Part shown: piece by piece, positions 12,401 to 24,751 of the stretch
Position numbering within the stretch: the first letter of the stretch is position 1
Layout of the letters: each line of letters opens with the position of its first letter
Assembly: GCA_973895155.1 (NCBI GenBank)
Contig: OZ316891.1
Location: 29,127,611-29,191,610, forward strand
Origin: Marsupella aquatica
Lineage: Eukaryota; Plantae; Marchantiophyta
Direction of reading: 5' to 3'
DNA length: 64,000 nucleotides
Notes under the pieces: generated by a model
Database searches by the model: none
What the model saw: the letters and a program-made list of their open reading frames with translations, nothing else
Told to the model about the DNA's origin: nothing
Translations under genes and position numbers: made by a program

Positions 12401-13992
12401 ATTTCTCCTAATTGACGGCTGCTCTGTGTGTGAGACTCGGGTTGTGGTTCGACAGCTGCTTGAATTCTCTGCTTCTCTCGAGATCTTGGACATTTGCTAG
12501 GTCGAAGAAGGCGAGGACGGTAGCTTCGTCTAGGGAGGCTGAAGGAGTCTGAACAGCATGAAGACTGGTCGTACTTGGCTGGTGGAGGGATTGCTCGAGG
12601 AAGCTTGATATGTTACCTAGTCTATCTGTGGTGTTCCATTATCCGTTGTGGAAAGTAAATTAGAAGTTCATGAGGGGATTCGGGAAACAATTGCAGAATC
12701 TCGCCCAAAATGAATCCAATGCGCACTGGTTTTGCCTTCGCTGGTTGTTCTGTTAGCACCTCGGCTCCAGCAACGTTAGCCTCCCTGTCCGAAATGTTGA
12801 TTTGCTTTTTTTGTTCTGACGGTTTTATTTCGGCAGTTACACAGGAATATGGTTATTTTCAATGTTGAGCACTATTTACTTTTATAAAAAAACATTTATA
12901 AATTTAAGTAAAGAGAATATGGGTGAATGTTTTTAATCTCGCCCTTTGTATCAATAGATTTGGATGAATTACTTTTAATTACTTTTACATTATGTTTTGA
13001 CGGCACGGCGTCCATAAAATTACACAAAAAGCGACGTAAACAAGATGGAGAGGAGTTTATTCGTTGCACAAACATGACCATTCTTGTTTGTTGCGGTTGT
13101 TGCTGACATGGCACGCTATGGTGCCAGGAATTTTGGAAAGGACCTCTAGTGGGGTCCATAATTATTCCTCCAAGGATATAGCATAGCATAATAATGCCTT
13201 TGTACTAGTTCAGTTTATCTCTATGAGGTCTACAAGTTGCCTGAGTTATAGTCATATACTCTAGGAAGAACTAATCTTTAGTACTAATTTTGTTATGATC
13301 TATATAAAATATGTACCGTGAACATCAGCGTAACATAATATTCCCCTATGCAAAATATAATCTTTTATGTTTCAGTACGATATTTACAATTTTTAAAAAT
13401 TCAAGGGTTTTTTTAATTCCTTGAAAAACTCTGTTATAATTTACAAAAGGATAAATTTTTATAGGAAAAAATAATGTTTTTACATTAACAAGGATTTTTT
13501 CTGTGAACAAAAATATTAAGAAGGGGTACAAGGGGGGTGTCTGTTCTCAGGGGGTTCACTTAATATAGTAAGAGTGAGGGCCCAGGGGGTACAAGGGAGA
13601 ACCCGAGTGGCACCCAAGGAAGGAGCTGTTATGGATAAACAATGGGTGTCGGCTCTGGTTCCGGCTTATAATAGTATTGGGAGGACCTTATCATTGACCT
13701 ACTTACTAATGTCTATCAAGCTTGAGCTAGGATGCTAGACTAGGGAGATCTAGATCCTAAGGGGTTACTTACCAAGACATTTGGTTGCTTGTGCAGACAG
13801 TGAGGACCGTAGAGTAGCGGTCATGTTGGAGAGCAAGTGCATGTGGCTTCATATGGGAGGGGCCGCAGACGTGCAAGGGGCATCAAGTGGCTTGCTCAAG
13901 GTATTTTGTGGAGGCGTTTGGGCACCAGGGGCAGATAGGCGTGGGTCAGTATTGGAATTGGTGAGGAGTTGGGTGGCAAGGTTCACCACTTG

Positions 13993-14004
13993 TAGTATCA
14001 GAGC
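13993..14004 (+). promoter_or_regulatory. Primer-binding site (initiator tRNA-Met type, 1 mismatch)
   Basis: TAGTATCAGAGC vs canonical TGGTATCAGAGC, upstream of gag. Confidence 0.65.
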
Positions 14005-15376
14005 AATTGTCGGCATTGACACCGGGCCGGAGTTGTGCTAGGTCGGAATCCAAAAATCTTAACGGATTTTTGCGGGGACTTAGTGCTTCAACATGCCCGG
14101 TGGGTCGACTGCGGGCAGATTTGGTCGCTCGAGACATGGTGAAGAACACTCGGTCAAAGAGTGGCAAGAAGGCTCCTCCCGCCAAGGGAAGAGCATAGGT
14201 TCAAGAAGAACAAAAGGAAGACGGGTCGACTTCCCTATACGAGCGCTACAAGCAAACGGAGGAGGGTATGGCGGCCAAACCATTGACCGCTGCAGCAAAC
14301 ACGTCAAGTGCAAAGCGCTGTCAACTTAAAGGAAAGGAGGTGGCCGATCCTCTAGAGGACGAGTCAAGTGAGGACAACTCCGACTCAAATGAAAGCAACA
14401 ACGGTTCAAAGACTAAATCGAAGGAAGAGGGTCAGGACCCAAAAGAGGGGTTGATCCCAGCTTTAAGAGGGTTGGATGTGGAACCAGAGGATGATGTCAA
14501 GCCGGACGTCATTGTGGATAATTTGACCAAGCAGAACCAGCCAGGGCGATGCGAGTGATGCCACAGCTCCGGGAGGTCATGGTGCCCACAAGCTAGTTGC
14601 AGGGGGTGTCACCAAAATCTGGGACCAAAATCCACAAGAGAACCTACGGACAAGCGGCCCGCAAAGGAAAGACGGTTGGAGGACCGTCCTCATACAACCC
14701 GCAAGGGCCCAGCTGCTAACAATGGTTTGGGTCCATTGACTCAAGACCAACGGCTTATTTATGAGCGGTTGGAACACAGCAAGAGGGCCCAAATTAAGTA
14801 CTTACTAAGTCTGGGTAGTCAGAGCGCGACGCGTCCCGAGGGGGGAATGGTATTTGGACGGAGTATGTTCCAAGTGAACCAGTTACCGACTCCTCCAACT
14901 TTCGACGGGGCCTATGAGCAAAGTGGACATAAGTTCCTGAGTTGGCTTTCCACGATGGAGATTCATCTCCAAGTGTGTGTTGAGCGGTTCACTTGGGCTA
15001 CCGCAACCGCTCCTTACCTGAAGGACTATGCCTTGACTTAGTACAAGTCTTTGAAGAAGTTGCGAGAGGACTCGTCCTTACCATTAACTTGGAAAAACCT
15101 GGTTGAGGGTCTCGGTGCTCATGTCACCACTAAGTACCCAAAGCGGCACGCGCAAAAATGTGTAACAAAAATGAGCTTTAGGGTTGATATCCAAAAGTTC
15201 ATCACTTATTACCAGAACTAGTTGGTGTGTATCCCGGCGGGGCAGGAGACCCTACATATGCAGCTTCACAACTTCCGCCATTGCTTCACAACTCCCGCCA
15301 TTGCTCAGGGAAAACTTACAAGAAAAGCATCATGAGTTTAAAATGATTTCAGACGCCTTCGACAAGGCCACTACGT

Positions 15377-15579
15377 CCCTAGGCCCTCACTCCATGTAAA
15401 AGAAGTGGACCCCCCTTCGATCGGGCCCTTTTCATGTTTACCCCTTGTTATTTCTATTTTACCATTAAAAGTTCCCTTATTACCGGTAATAATTATAATT
15501 ATTAGTTCAAAATGAATAAAAACTACCCTTTGAGCGTTCGCACGTCCTCCACATATTAGTTAAGACTGAGAGCTCAGGG
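15377..15579 (+). mobile_element. 203-bp non-autonomous insertion in gag with 8-bp TSD
   Basis: CACTACGT at 15369-15376 and 15580-15587; ends CCCTAGGC...GCTCAGGG (short imperfect TIR); AT-rich body. Confidence 0.85.
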
Positions 15580-16045
15580 CACTACGTTCGTGAAGAACCG
15601 GCCGGACTTGGCAAAGGTGGGTGGCAAGGGATCCGAAGGGGAAGTTGGGAAAGCAAAAGGTCCCGGGAACAAGCGCAAGCAGCTTGAGGGGGTGGGGGCC
15701 GGTGGTTCGGATCCTAGCCTCAGCCCTAGAACGGAGAAGCAAAGTGCAACCGGAAGGCCAACAACTTTAAGAAAGGAACCTCATCGGCGTAGAAAGCAAA
15801 AAAAACAGGCGCTCACTGAGAAGAGGCAAACTGAAGGTTCTTGCTACACATGTGGCGCCATGGGCCATCAAAGTAAGGATTGTCCCATGAAAGATGGCAA
15901 GTCAAGCGGAGTTGGGGGTAGAAGGGCGTTAAGGTAAGTATCGCTCTAACTGGACCCTTAGTAGTTGACGAGGTCCCTATAGGGGATATTCCTGCCGGAG
16001 AGAAGGTGTTGTTGCAAGAGAAAATACCTAAGGTTAACGACATAC

Positions 16046-16238
16046 CTCAGTCTTAACTAATACGTGGAGGACGTGCGAACACTCAAACGACAGTCTTTAT
16101 TCATTTTGAACTAATAATTATAATTATTATCGATAATAAGGGAACTTCTTATAGTAAAATGGAAATAACAAGGGGTCAACAAGAAGAGAGCTTGATTGCA
16201 GGGGGTCCACTTCTTTTACACGGAGTGAGGGCCCAAGG
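16046..16238 (-). mobile_element. Second, inverted copy of the 203-bp element, at the protease/RT deletion junction
   Basis: Reverse complement of ~15380-15570; no TSD; gag-pol linker on the left, mid-RT on the right. Confidence 0.85.
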
Positions 16239-18715
16239 AGGAACATGAGCAGTTGCTGAGGGAAGTATTCTCTCCCCTTTGTAAGGCTCGTCTCTTTGCT
16301 AAACCTAGCAAGACTTGCGAGTTTGCAATGATTGAGATTCAATTCCTCTGCCATACCTTTACCCCGCAGGGGATAACACCTAGTCAGGACAAGCTTAAAG
16401 AGATCAAAGAATGGGAACGTTTGTCCAGTGTAAGGCAAATTAGAGCCTTCTTAGGATTTATGGGGTTCTATCGGAGATACATTCAGAAAGACTATGCGAG
16501 GATCGCGAGGCCCCTAAATGCACTAACAACAAAAAACAAAGTGTTTGTGTGGACACAGTATTGCGAGATAGCATTCCTAGAATTTAAGCGGCTCATGATA
16601 ACGCCGCTGGTTCTAAAGCTACCTAAGATGGGGAAGTTGGTCAAGATTTGGACACACGCAGGTGATTATACCACTGGCGCCTAACTACACCAAGACGGGT
16701 GTCCTGTGGCCTTTGAGTCATGTAAGTTGCAAAATCATTGGATCACGCCAGAAAGAGAAATGTATGTGATGATCTATGCATTGAAGAAAAGGGAGATTTA
16801 CCTTAAGAACAATCCCAAGCTGGTAATACACACAGATAGCTCGCCAGTTGGGTACTTCAGTTCTAAGCCAAGGCTGAACTCCAAGGAAATGAGCTGGCAG
16901 ATGTTCTTGGCGGATTTCAATTTTGAAGTCCGTCACGTTCTTGGGAAGACAAACACGGTAGCTGACACGTTATTACATAGGGACCACCATTGTGTCAATG
17001 GGATCATGATGCTCGAATCTGAGTGGCCAAAGGTTCTGGCTGAGGCGTATGGGGATGACAGGTTAGCCAAGGAATGGCAAAGCAATGGGGGTAGCCAAGG
17101 CAAGTTAAGGCATGTTCATTGGGGTTGGATACCATGCATAATGTCCAGTTATGGCAATACGAGCAGCTCAGGCGTGTGTACATCCCAAAGTCTCTAAGAC
17201 TGGAGGTTCTGCAAAAGTACCACGACTTGCCCTGGGGAGGGCATGGCGGACAAGTTGCTACGTATTGCAGCATGTCATGAGATGTGTATTGGCCGGATGT
17301 GAAGCAATCGGTCCTTTGCCATGTGCAAAGTTGTTACTCGTGCCAAAATAACCGAACGGTCTATAGGGCAAAAGGAGGACTTCTACAACCCTTACCAGTA
17401 GCCGCGGCTCCATGGGAGTCCATCTCTATGGACTTCATTGTGGGGTCGGACAAGTTCACGGGCCACTTCTGAAAGGCGTTGTTCCGGTTATCCGGAACAA
17501 ACCTTACTAGGGGATCAACGTATCATCATGAGACAGACGGCCAAACTAAATAGGTGAATGGTATTGTGGGCGACTATTTGCGTCATTTTGTGACGGCCAA
17601 TCAAAAGGATTGGGCAAAGCACTTAACTATGGCAAAGTTTAGGTATAACTCGACCAAGCATTCGGCAACGAGGTTTGCGCCATTTGTGTTGGCCATAGGG
17701 AGGACGCCAAGGGAGCCCTCCTGGTTCATAAATCCGGAAGCTTGGCGGACGGAAAGCAAGGTTCCTTCTACTGACAATTTTATTCGAGAGCGACGCCTAG
17801 TTGTGGAAGTGGCTACCAAAGGTATGACCCTTGCCCAAAGTTGGTACAAGGAGCAAGGGGATAAACATCAACGCCAGGTAAGCTTTGAAAGTGGGGAGAG
17901 TGTCTGGTTGCAGTTGAGACCTGAGCAATATCACGGGAACATAAGTAGCTTCCATATATGTGGGGCCCTATCGCATCATACGATGGGCCCACAACAAATA
18001 ATCCTGTTTTGGTGGTGTTGGAGACACCCAAGGAAATGGGCGTAGGCAAAAGCTACCATGTTAGCCGACTCAGGAAATTTGTCAAAGATACTGATCCCAA
18101 CCGAGATCAGGTCTTGCGTCCGGACGCCATGCTGGTGGAGGACGCTGAGGAATTTGAGGTGGAGGCAATTATGGACCACCGTTACCAACGCAAACTAGGA
18201 AGACAAATCTTAGAGTATTTGGTGAAGTGGGCTGGCTATGACCAGGCCGAAAGTACTTGGGAACCGGAATAAAATATGGGTAATGCCCCGGAGATCCTTG
18301 GTGAAGCTATCGTAAGCAAAGCGACCTACCGCCGTTGTGAACTGGTATAGGCAGTTGTGGCTACCGTTGTATCCTAGTTTCACTCCTCGGCCTCTTAAGA
18401 ATAAAGTTGGATTGTGTGGGCGCTAGAGGTTGTTGGGCGGCCAATTTGCTTTTTGCGAGTGAAAGTTGAGTTGTATCCTGGAATAAACCCCAGCTACTTT
18501 TCAGGGAATTGCTTTGATTATGTCCTCGATCGATTATTTCTTTTCAGGGAAGTGCATTGGAATGGCCATCAGCTTTGCTTTGGATGGAGAGACACTGAAC
18601 TGCCCCACCATTTTGTAAAGCCCCCCTGATGTGCAGTAGTACTGAATTTAAACGATGTGGCACTTCTCCTTGACCACTGAAAATCTTACTCGCCTTTGAG
18701 TGCATGCCTCAAATA

Positions 18716-19019
18716 GGGCGTCTCAAAACTAGTTGATAAATAATTGCCCACTAGAAAATATGACATTAGTCTGTAAAAATTTATGGACTGCCTAAAATGG
18801 CAGTGGATAACTGGTACTGATGTATGCTAACATCTTCCTACAGAGGCAGATGGTAACCGCCAAGCCCGATGTTTTGAGATGCCCTTGAGCTGTGAGCTGA
18901 AACCACTTGAGTGGGCCATAAACTTTTATGGATTTCCTAAAATGGCAGTCAATGACTCTTACCCATGTATGTTAACATCTTCCAGATGGTGACCACCAAA
19001 CCGGATGTTTGAGACGCCC
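18716..19019. mobile_element. MITE with TA flanks and a partial tandem duplication
   Basis: TA|GGGCGTCTCAAA...TTTGAGACGCCC|TA; ~140-bp duplication (~18780-18917 vs ~18925-19055). Confidence 0.7.
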
Positions 19020-19326
19020 TAGTAGTGTGAGATGAAAAACCACTTGAGTGGGCCTGGTAGTAAGCTCAAGTGGCTAGGGGTGACTTATGAGTCGGCCTGG
19101 TACCTTAGTGGTAATTAAGTTGGAGCAAAAATAATCAAATGCAAATTTGGGGGGCCCTGAGCAGAAATGTGATGTCCTAAAAACGATGGGATGAAAACAT
19201 ATGCCTACAGTTATGGGGAATGGCCAGGAAATGAACTCTAGACCTGGCAGGACTTAGTTTGGCACTGAATGTTTCAGTAGATTGGTCCTGTGTGTCGTCC
19301 AAGAGTCCTTTGTGTATATAACACTG

Positions 19327-19765
19327 AGGAGCTAAAAGTGGGGAAAAATTATCCTACCCTGATCCCAAATCTGGAAACTGGAACAAGACACGGTAAAGGG
19401 GGAAAACTGGAGGAGCAAAAAGTGGTGAAAAAGATCTCAACCCTAAACCAAAACCGGGAAACAGGAAAAAGGGAAAATATCCCTACCCTGATCCCAAACC
19501 GGGAAAAAGGAACAAGACCCGATAAAGGGGAAAATCCAGGAGGAGCAAAAAGTAGGGAAAAATATCTCAACCCTAAACCAAAACCGGGAATAAAAATAAG
19601 GTGAACAAGAAAAAGACCCAATAAAGGGGAGAAAATAAATAGAAAGCACATTGACAGCAAAGAGTCCCAATAAATGGAAGAAAACAATTAGAAAGCAAAC
19701 TGACAACAACAAGACCCAATTAAGGGGGAAACCAATTAGAAAGCACACTGACAACAAAGAGACAC
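19327..19765. repeat. Purine-rich compound tandem repeats (~130-bp and ~50-bp units)
   Basis: Repeated CCTACCCTGATCCCAAA / ATCTCAACCCTAAACCAAAACCGGGAA and TAGAAAGCACACTGACAACAAAGA..CCCAATAAA blocks. Confidence 0.8.
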
Positions 19766-19989
19766 TAGGGCAAGTCCATGTCAGGGCTTGAGTTTCATCC
19801 TTTGCATAAAAAAGAATCAAGTCCTAACTTTTCAGGGCTTGACAGGGTCCTTCGTGAGTTCTTGTAAAATGGAGTCCAGTATTTAAGTTCTTCGGACAAA
19901 ATGGAGTAAATTTTTATTTTATTAAACTTGTCCTTTAGTCCTTCATGAAGAAAGAGTCTAGTACTTTAGTCTACCAAAAGGAACTGAGT

Positions 19990-20276
19990 CAGCTTATTTT
20001 TTAAGGTTTTTTTATTTTTAGCGAGTGTGGCTAATGTTTGCTTCTATAAGGGAGGAGATTCTAGGAATATTCTCTATCAAATTTTACTCAATTAAATAGT
20101 GAGGGTCAGATATCCCCAGATTTAATGAGAACCATTAGATTCTGGCTAATGGGGTCCATGATTTGGTGGAAGAGTGGCTAATGGTGTCAAAAAATGTAGG
20201 GAATATTAGCCAAAGGTAGCCAAAGTTTTTTGGGGAGGTGGAATTTGGCTAAAATTCACATTTAAAAAATAGGCTG
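19990..20276. mobile_element. hAT-type MITE with 8-bp TSD
   Basis: AACTGAGT|CAGCTTATTTTTTAA...TTAAAAAATAGGCTG|AACTGAGT. Confidence 0.85.
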
Positions 20277-23200
20277 AACTGAGTCCTTCATGCAAATAGG
20301 AGTCCAGTACTTTAGCCCTTTTTTGGCATTTTGGTTGACCCCCCGTGAATGTGTCTTTTGCCTGAGGGATCCTGTCTCCCGGTTGGGCGCCCTTTTTTTT
20401 TAGGCAGTTTGAAATATACTTTATACAACAAGGATTAATTAAAGTCCATTTCAGGGCTCGAGTCCTTCATGCAACAAGGAATTCAGTGCTTTTGAGTACA
20501 TAGATCCTCAGTGATTTACAACGATTGTCAATATCAATGCATATTAATGTCAAAATCCGTATGACTTGTGATATGGCTGCCCGCAGCCATTGCCTGAGAG
20601 CAGAACAAATATAATTACAATTAAAAGAGCCTTATTAGCTGTGCAACATACATTGCGGGTAGTCAAGCAGACTTGGGCCAGCAGGACAGTATTTTGAATT
20701 CTCCCTGGCACATTTTTTTTTTTTTGAGACAAAATCCACCCAAAAATGGGGATTCATCAACTTTGACACTTAGAAACAATTTAAGTTCACATTTTTTTGC
20801 GGGCAACCAACTGGATGGTTGCAGGCAGGGAGCATGCGAGGTTCATTAATGAGCCTTGATATTGTCATTAGCCTTGAATCCTCAATGACATGAATCCTCA
20901 GTTGCATTTAAGGACTTCATTGATTAGGACCTAAAAAGCATATGTGAGATCAAAGCTGGATATGGATACAGCAGCATGCAAGGCCATGAATTCGATGCAA
21001 TCATTAGAAGCAAAGCCGAAACAGCTCTTTACAATGTCACTTGTGGGCACCATACCTGAGTAGTCATCATTGCCAGGCGCTTGACTCTCTCTCACAGTAA
21101 TTAAGGCCACTCACATGCTATCGGCCCTTCACAAAGCTGCCCTGAAAGTGCTATATGCCATCGTCAGAATTGATGATACTGCCATGCCATTTCCCCGTCG
21201 TTAGGCAGGTCTTATGGGCACCCAAGGGCAAGGGCCAGACACGTTCCGGCCCTTGTAGGTCCCGACCTTTGTTTGGCTAAGAAAACAAAAAAGCATTGCT
21301 TTACAGAAGATGTTGTGCACAAGGCCGTTGGTGTATGTACTGTCCACCAAAACACTCACCTGCTCCTTCTTCCTGGTATCCACCTGCAAACGGCCCCGGC
21401 CTTGCAGACTCCGCCCTGCATAATTAACACTTTTAAACAGGAGAGAAATCGTCGTAGCTTTGAGTTGGGCACAAAGAGCACATTGTGTTTTGAAAGGGCA
21501 GAAGCAGCAGGACAAGCATTCAGCAATCAAACCATCTGCAATCGAACCAGGTCAAGGAGGATTGAGGTAAGTTTATAGAATCTTGCCAATGCTGCAGGAG
21601 TTACGTACTAGCTGTTTGGGAGAGCTCCTCGTTCCTACCTTCTCGCTGGTAGATTCAGTTGAAGTTCGTTATAGAATCTGCGCTCTGCAATTGAGGTCAG
21701 TATACAATTAAGAGATCGGTGAACATTGCTGGCAGTACTGCAGCGCGCAAAGGAAAGACAATTGGAACTTGCTTGCTGCTGAATTTCGTCCCTCCATACA
21801 AGAAGAGCAACCGACGGTTCGTAGGGACATTTCTCAATGAAAATTAACGCTGCGCTAATTCACACTATGCACATCATCAGCGCTCCACAATGTGTTCACC
21901 TTTCGTTCATTCGATCTGGCTAGACTCATGCAGTCCTTAATAGCTGCCCATAATGATTTGTAGAACGTACTTCTGTACCTTTTCACTGATTTGCAGATAC
22001 ACCGTGTTCGCTCAGATTACACAGTGGAATTTCCCTAGTAGCAAGGAAAAGACATTGGATGACGGTGTTGGCACGAAGCGCAATACTTGTCCCCTTAAAC
22101 TGTTTTCACTAATTCAACTTGGGTACAATCGTGAGAGGTACTTGTACATTTGTAGTTACTTGTTTTAGTCCAAATGAACCTAGAACTAATACGAGTTTAG
22201 CTTAATATGTCTGAATTTGCATCTCATTCTAGTCTAACCAAACCTGTAAGTACAAAAGAATTTCACTTTTAAGTACATTTGTATTCTAGTCTAACCGGGC
22301 CTGTAAATACAAAAGAGTTATTTGTATCTTATGTTAGTCTTTGGTTCTCCAATGGTGTATGTAAGTTGTCAATCTGCTGAGGAAGTACTTACTTCCAAAA
22401 TATAATTGATTGGGCTTTCAAATTCCTTTCAGAGCAAAGATCGCGCCATAGCGAGCAAAGGTCATTCAAAGGATGTTGCGAATAAGGATTTGATGAAGTT
22501 AAAGGATGCAAAAGAGTACTTGACTCAAGTCTTTGTTTTGTCAAGAGCTTTAGCCAGCGTTGCATGCTGAGATATCAAATTTGAATGCCTTACGTAGAGA
22601 GACCAAGCAACTGAAAGAGGAGAATTAAGCTTGATTGAAAGCAGAAATCAGTATTAAGGCTAATGGTGACAATAAGACATTGGAAAACATGCAGCTAGTA
22701 TGAGGTTCTTCAGATATTGCAAACTAAGGAGAGGTCACTCACAGAATATTTGTGGAGATGATGGATGATGGATTGAGAATGAGTCCCAATTAGTCTTGTG
22801 GAAGGGTGGTTAATATGGTAGTGCCATGCTCCACTATACTACTGGCACACATGGCACCAATTTTGGGGTTGGCATGTAGGCCGGAATGTAGATTATGCAA
22901 ATTTCCATTGTAGACATGGGGAGGGTTTTGGGGTGAGCTTTAGGGGGAGGCTTAGTGTATGAGGAGACATTTGAAAGTTTTTTGAGGAGCCCTGGGGGCA
23001 TTTTTGGTTTTAGGGGCCCTCATCACAGGACCCGTACAGGACGTTCATTTGTAGAATGCCCTACATTGGATGATAGGCAATTGGGAGCGATGGATGGAGG
23101 GGAAACAATGATTTTTCTAATTATACTAAAGGCCACATTTAATGCTATTTTGGTGGCTAAAAGGGCTTCACAAATGTCTATAAACTAATTTTTTGATACT

Positions 23201-24751
23201 AATAAGTAGATTTTTAAAAGTACAGAAAATATTACTAAAGAGTTTTAGATGAAGGCGTGTTCACAGGTGGGTCCCTTTATAGTACAAGGAGTGAGGGATA
23301 TATTAGGGTATACAACTGAATATTTTATTGGCTATTAATGGAATGAATCCTAGTTGCTTGAGTTGAAAATTGTTGGTGTGATCTAGTCGCAGAACTCGAC
23401 TACCCTTCCACTTAGCTTTGACGTTGTTGACTCCAACGTCAAGCTCCTCTATGGTCCATGCCCCCGGGATGGCCATCTGGTAGGGATCAAGTATGGGGAG
23501 ACTTGTGGTTGGGCAAGGAATTGCACTAGCAAAACTGATACGTTGAGCTAATGGTGCGCGCACACAAGGGAATTAGACTGGCATTGGTAGTTGGTTGGGT
23601 CAGGGGAAGGGTCGAGCTCAAGGCGGACCATCCAGACCCCCAAATATACTCTAAATTATTAGGGCTTGAGTGAGAGCTTCTCGCGGGCCCAAGGTTAAAG
23701 AAGTTTAGTTCATGCAAACCGGGCATTTAGCTCATGAGATACGGCATGGCTTGGGTATAGCAATTCGAGACCCCCAATTGACAAATGAATGAGTTCTGAT
23801 GAACCGGGCATGAGCACCAAGTTAGCCTGATCACAACCAGCTAAGGCACGTACTTCACCTGTAGATGTCTAACTATAAAATTATGGGCCTAGCAAATTAA
23901 GTTTGTGTCCAGTCGGTCAAGTTGGAGTCTAGGAGAGGGCCCAAAATAGGGGAAAGTTGGCCCAAGATATGAGTGGCTTTGAGCCAGTACGTAGTGTGTC
24001 TCAAAGCTTCACAGTTGTGGGTGATGGATTTTGGCCTCAAAGAACTGGCCGTACTAACATTTTTCACAGGGTCATGTAAAAGTTGTTTTTCATCTTTTGA
24101 CAAGACAGTCTCACTAGTGACTCGCGGTCATCAAATAGGATCATTCTTAGTTTACAGAAAAAGTTATGGCATGGATTCTAAATTTGGTAGTCCATAACAT
24201 TTTCTGTCCTTAACTTAGTACTAGTTATGGTAGAAGTCGTGGAGTTGTGAGGTTGGAGACTCACCCCTGATCTAGGCAAATTTCTCCAAGACACCACACT
24301 TATTAATGTTTGGCTGTTTTAAATTTGAGAGTCAAATAAATTATGAGAAATGGATTAAAAAAACAGAAGTCTGATTGAAACACTGTCAGTGGTGTAGTGA
24401 AGTCACATTAATGTAGACTTCACTGTCATTGTGAAGTCTACATTATATATCATACATTTACACAACATGGTCCTGTTGAAGTCTACATCAACTTGACATG
24501 TTAAATTTGAACAACACTGCCAATGGTGAAGTCTTCATTATTGTGACCGAGAGTATGACAATAAGAACCCTTGATCATGATAGCTTGATGAAAACAATTG
24601 GGGAACAAGCCCTGTACAATGAATTTGACCAAGCAAATGCAAAAATGATCACTACCTAGATTGTTTGTTGCCTGCAAAAATTAGTCTATGTAACAGAACA
24701 CGTGTGAGGCAGTCTATCAAATGATTGATTTCTCATGAGTAAAGTAGGCAC

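Larger units (their letters stand above)
13590..18400 (+). mobile_element. Decayed Ty3/gypsy chromovirus LTR retrotransposon (protease, RT N-half and part of the integrase core deleted; no 3' LTR seen)
   Basis: PBS-like TAGTATCAGAGC at ~13993; gag PPTFDG..FLSWL (~14890), zinc knuckle CYTCGAMGHQSKDC (~15840); RT C-half EEHEQLLREVF..AKPSK..FLGFMGFYRRYI; RNase H AFESCKL..EREM..HTD; integrase HHCC and GGLLQPLPV..PWESISMDFI; chromodomain EEFEVEAIMDHR..YLVKWAGY..STWEPE (~18145-18270). Many stops and frameshifts. Confidence 0.95.

Noticed and set aside
13525-13595. GGTACAAG as TSD of a ~55-bp insertion
   Set aside because: Similarity to the copy at ~39299 continues past the left GGTACAAG, so the element is longer.
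15375-15577. 203-bp insertion as an introner (GT in the TSD, AG in the TIR)
   Set aside because: Splicing would leave 8 extra nucleotides (a frameshift) and the donor context GTCCCT is poor.
19290-19820. ORFs of 104-125 aa
   Set aside because: Products of purine-rich tandem repeats.
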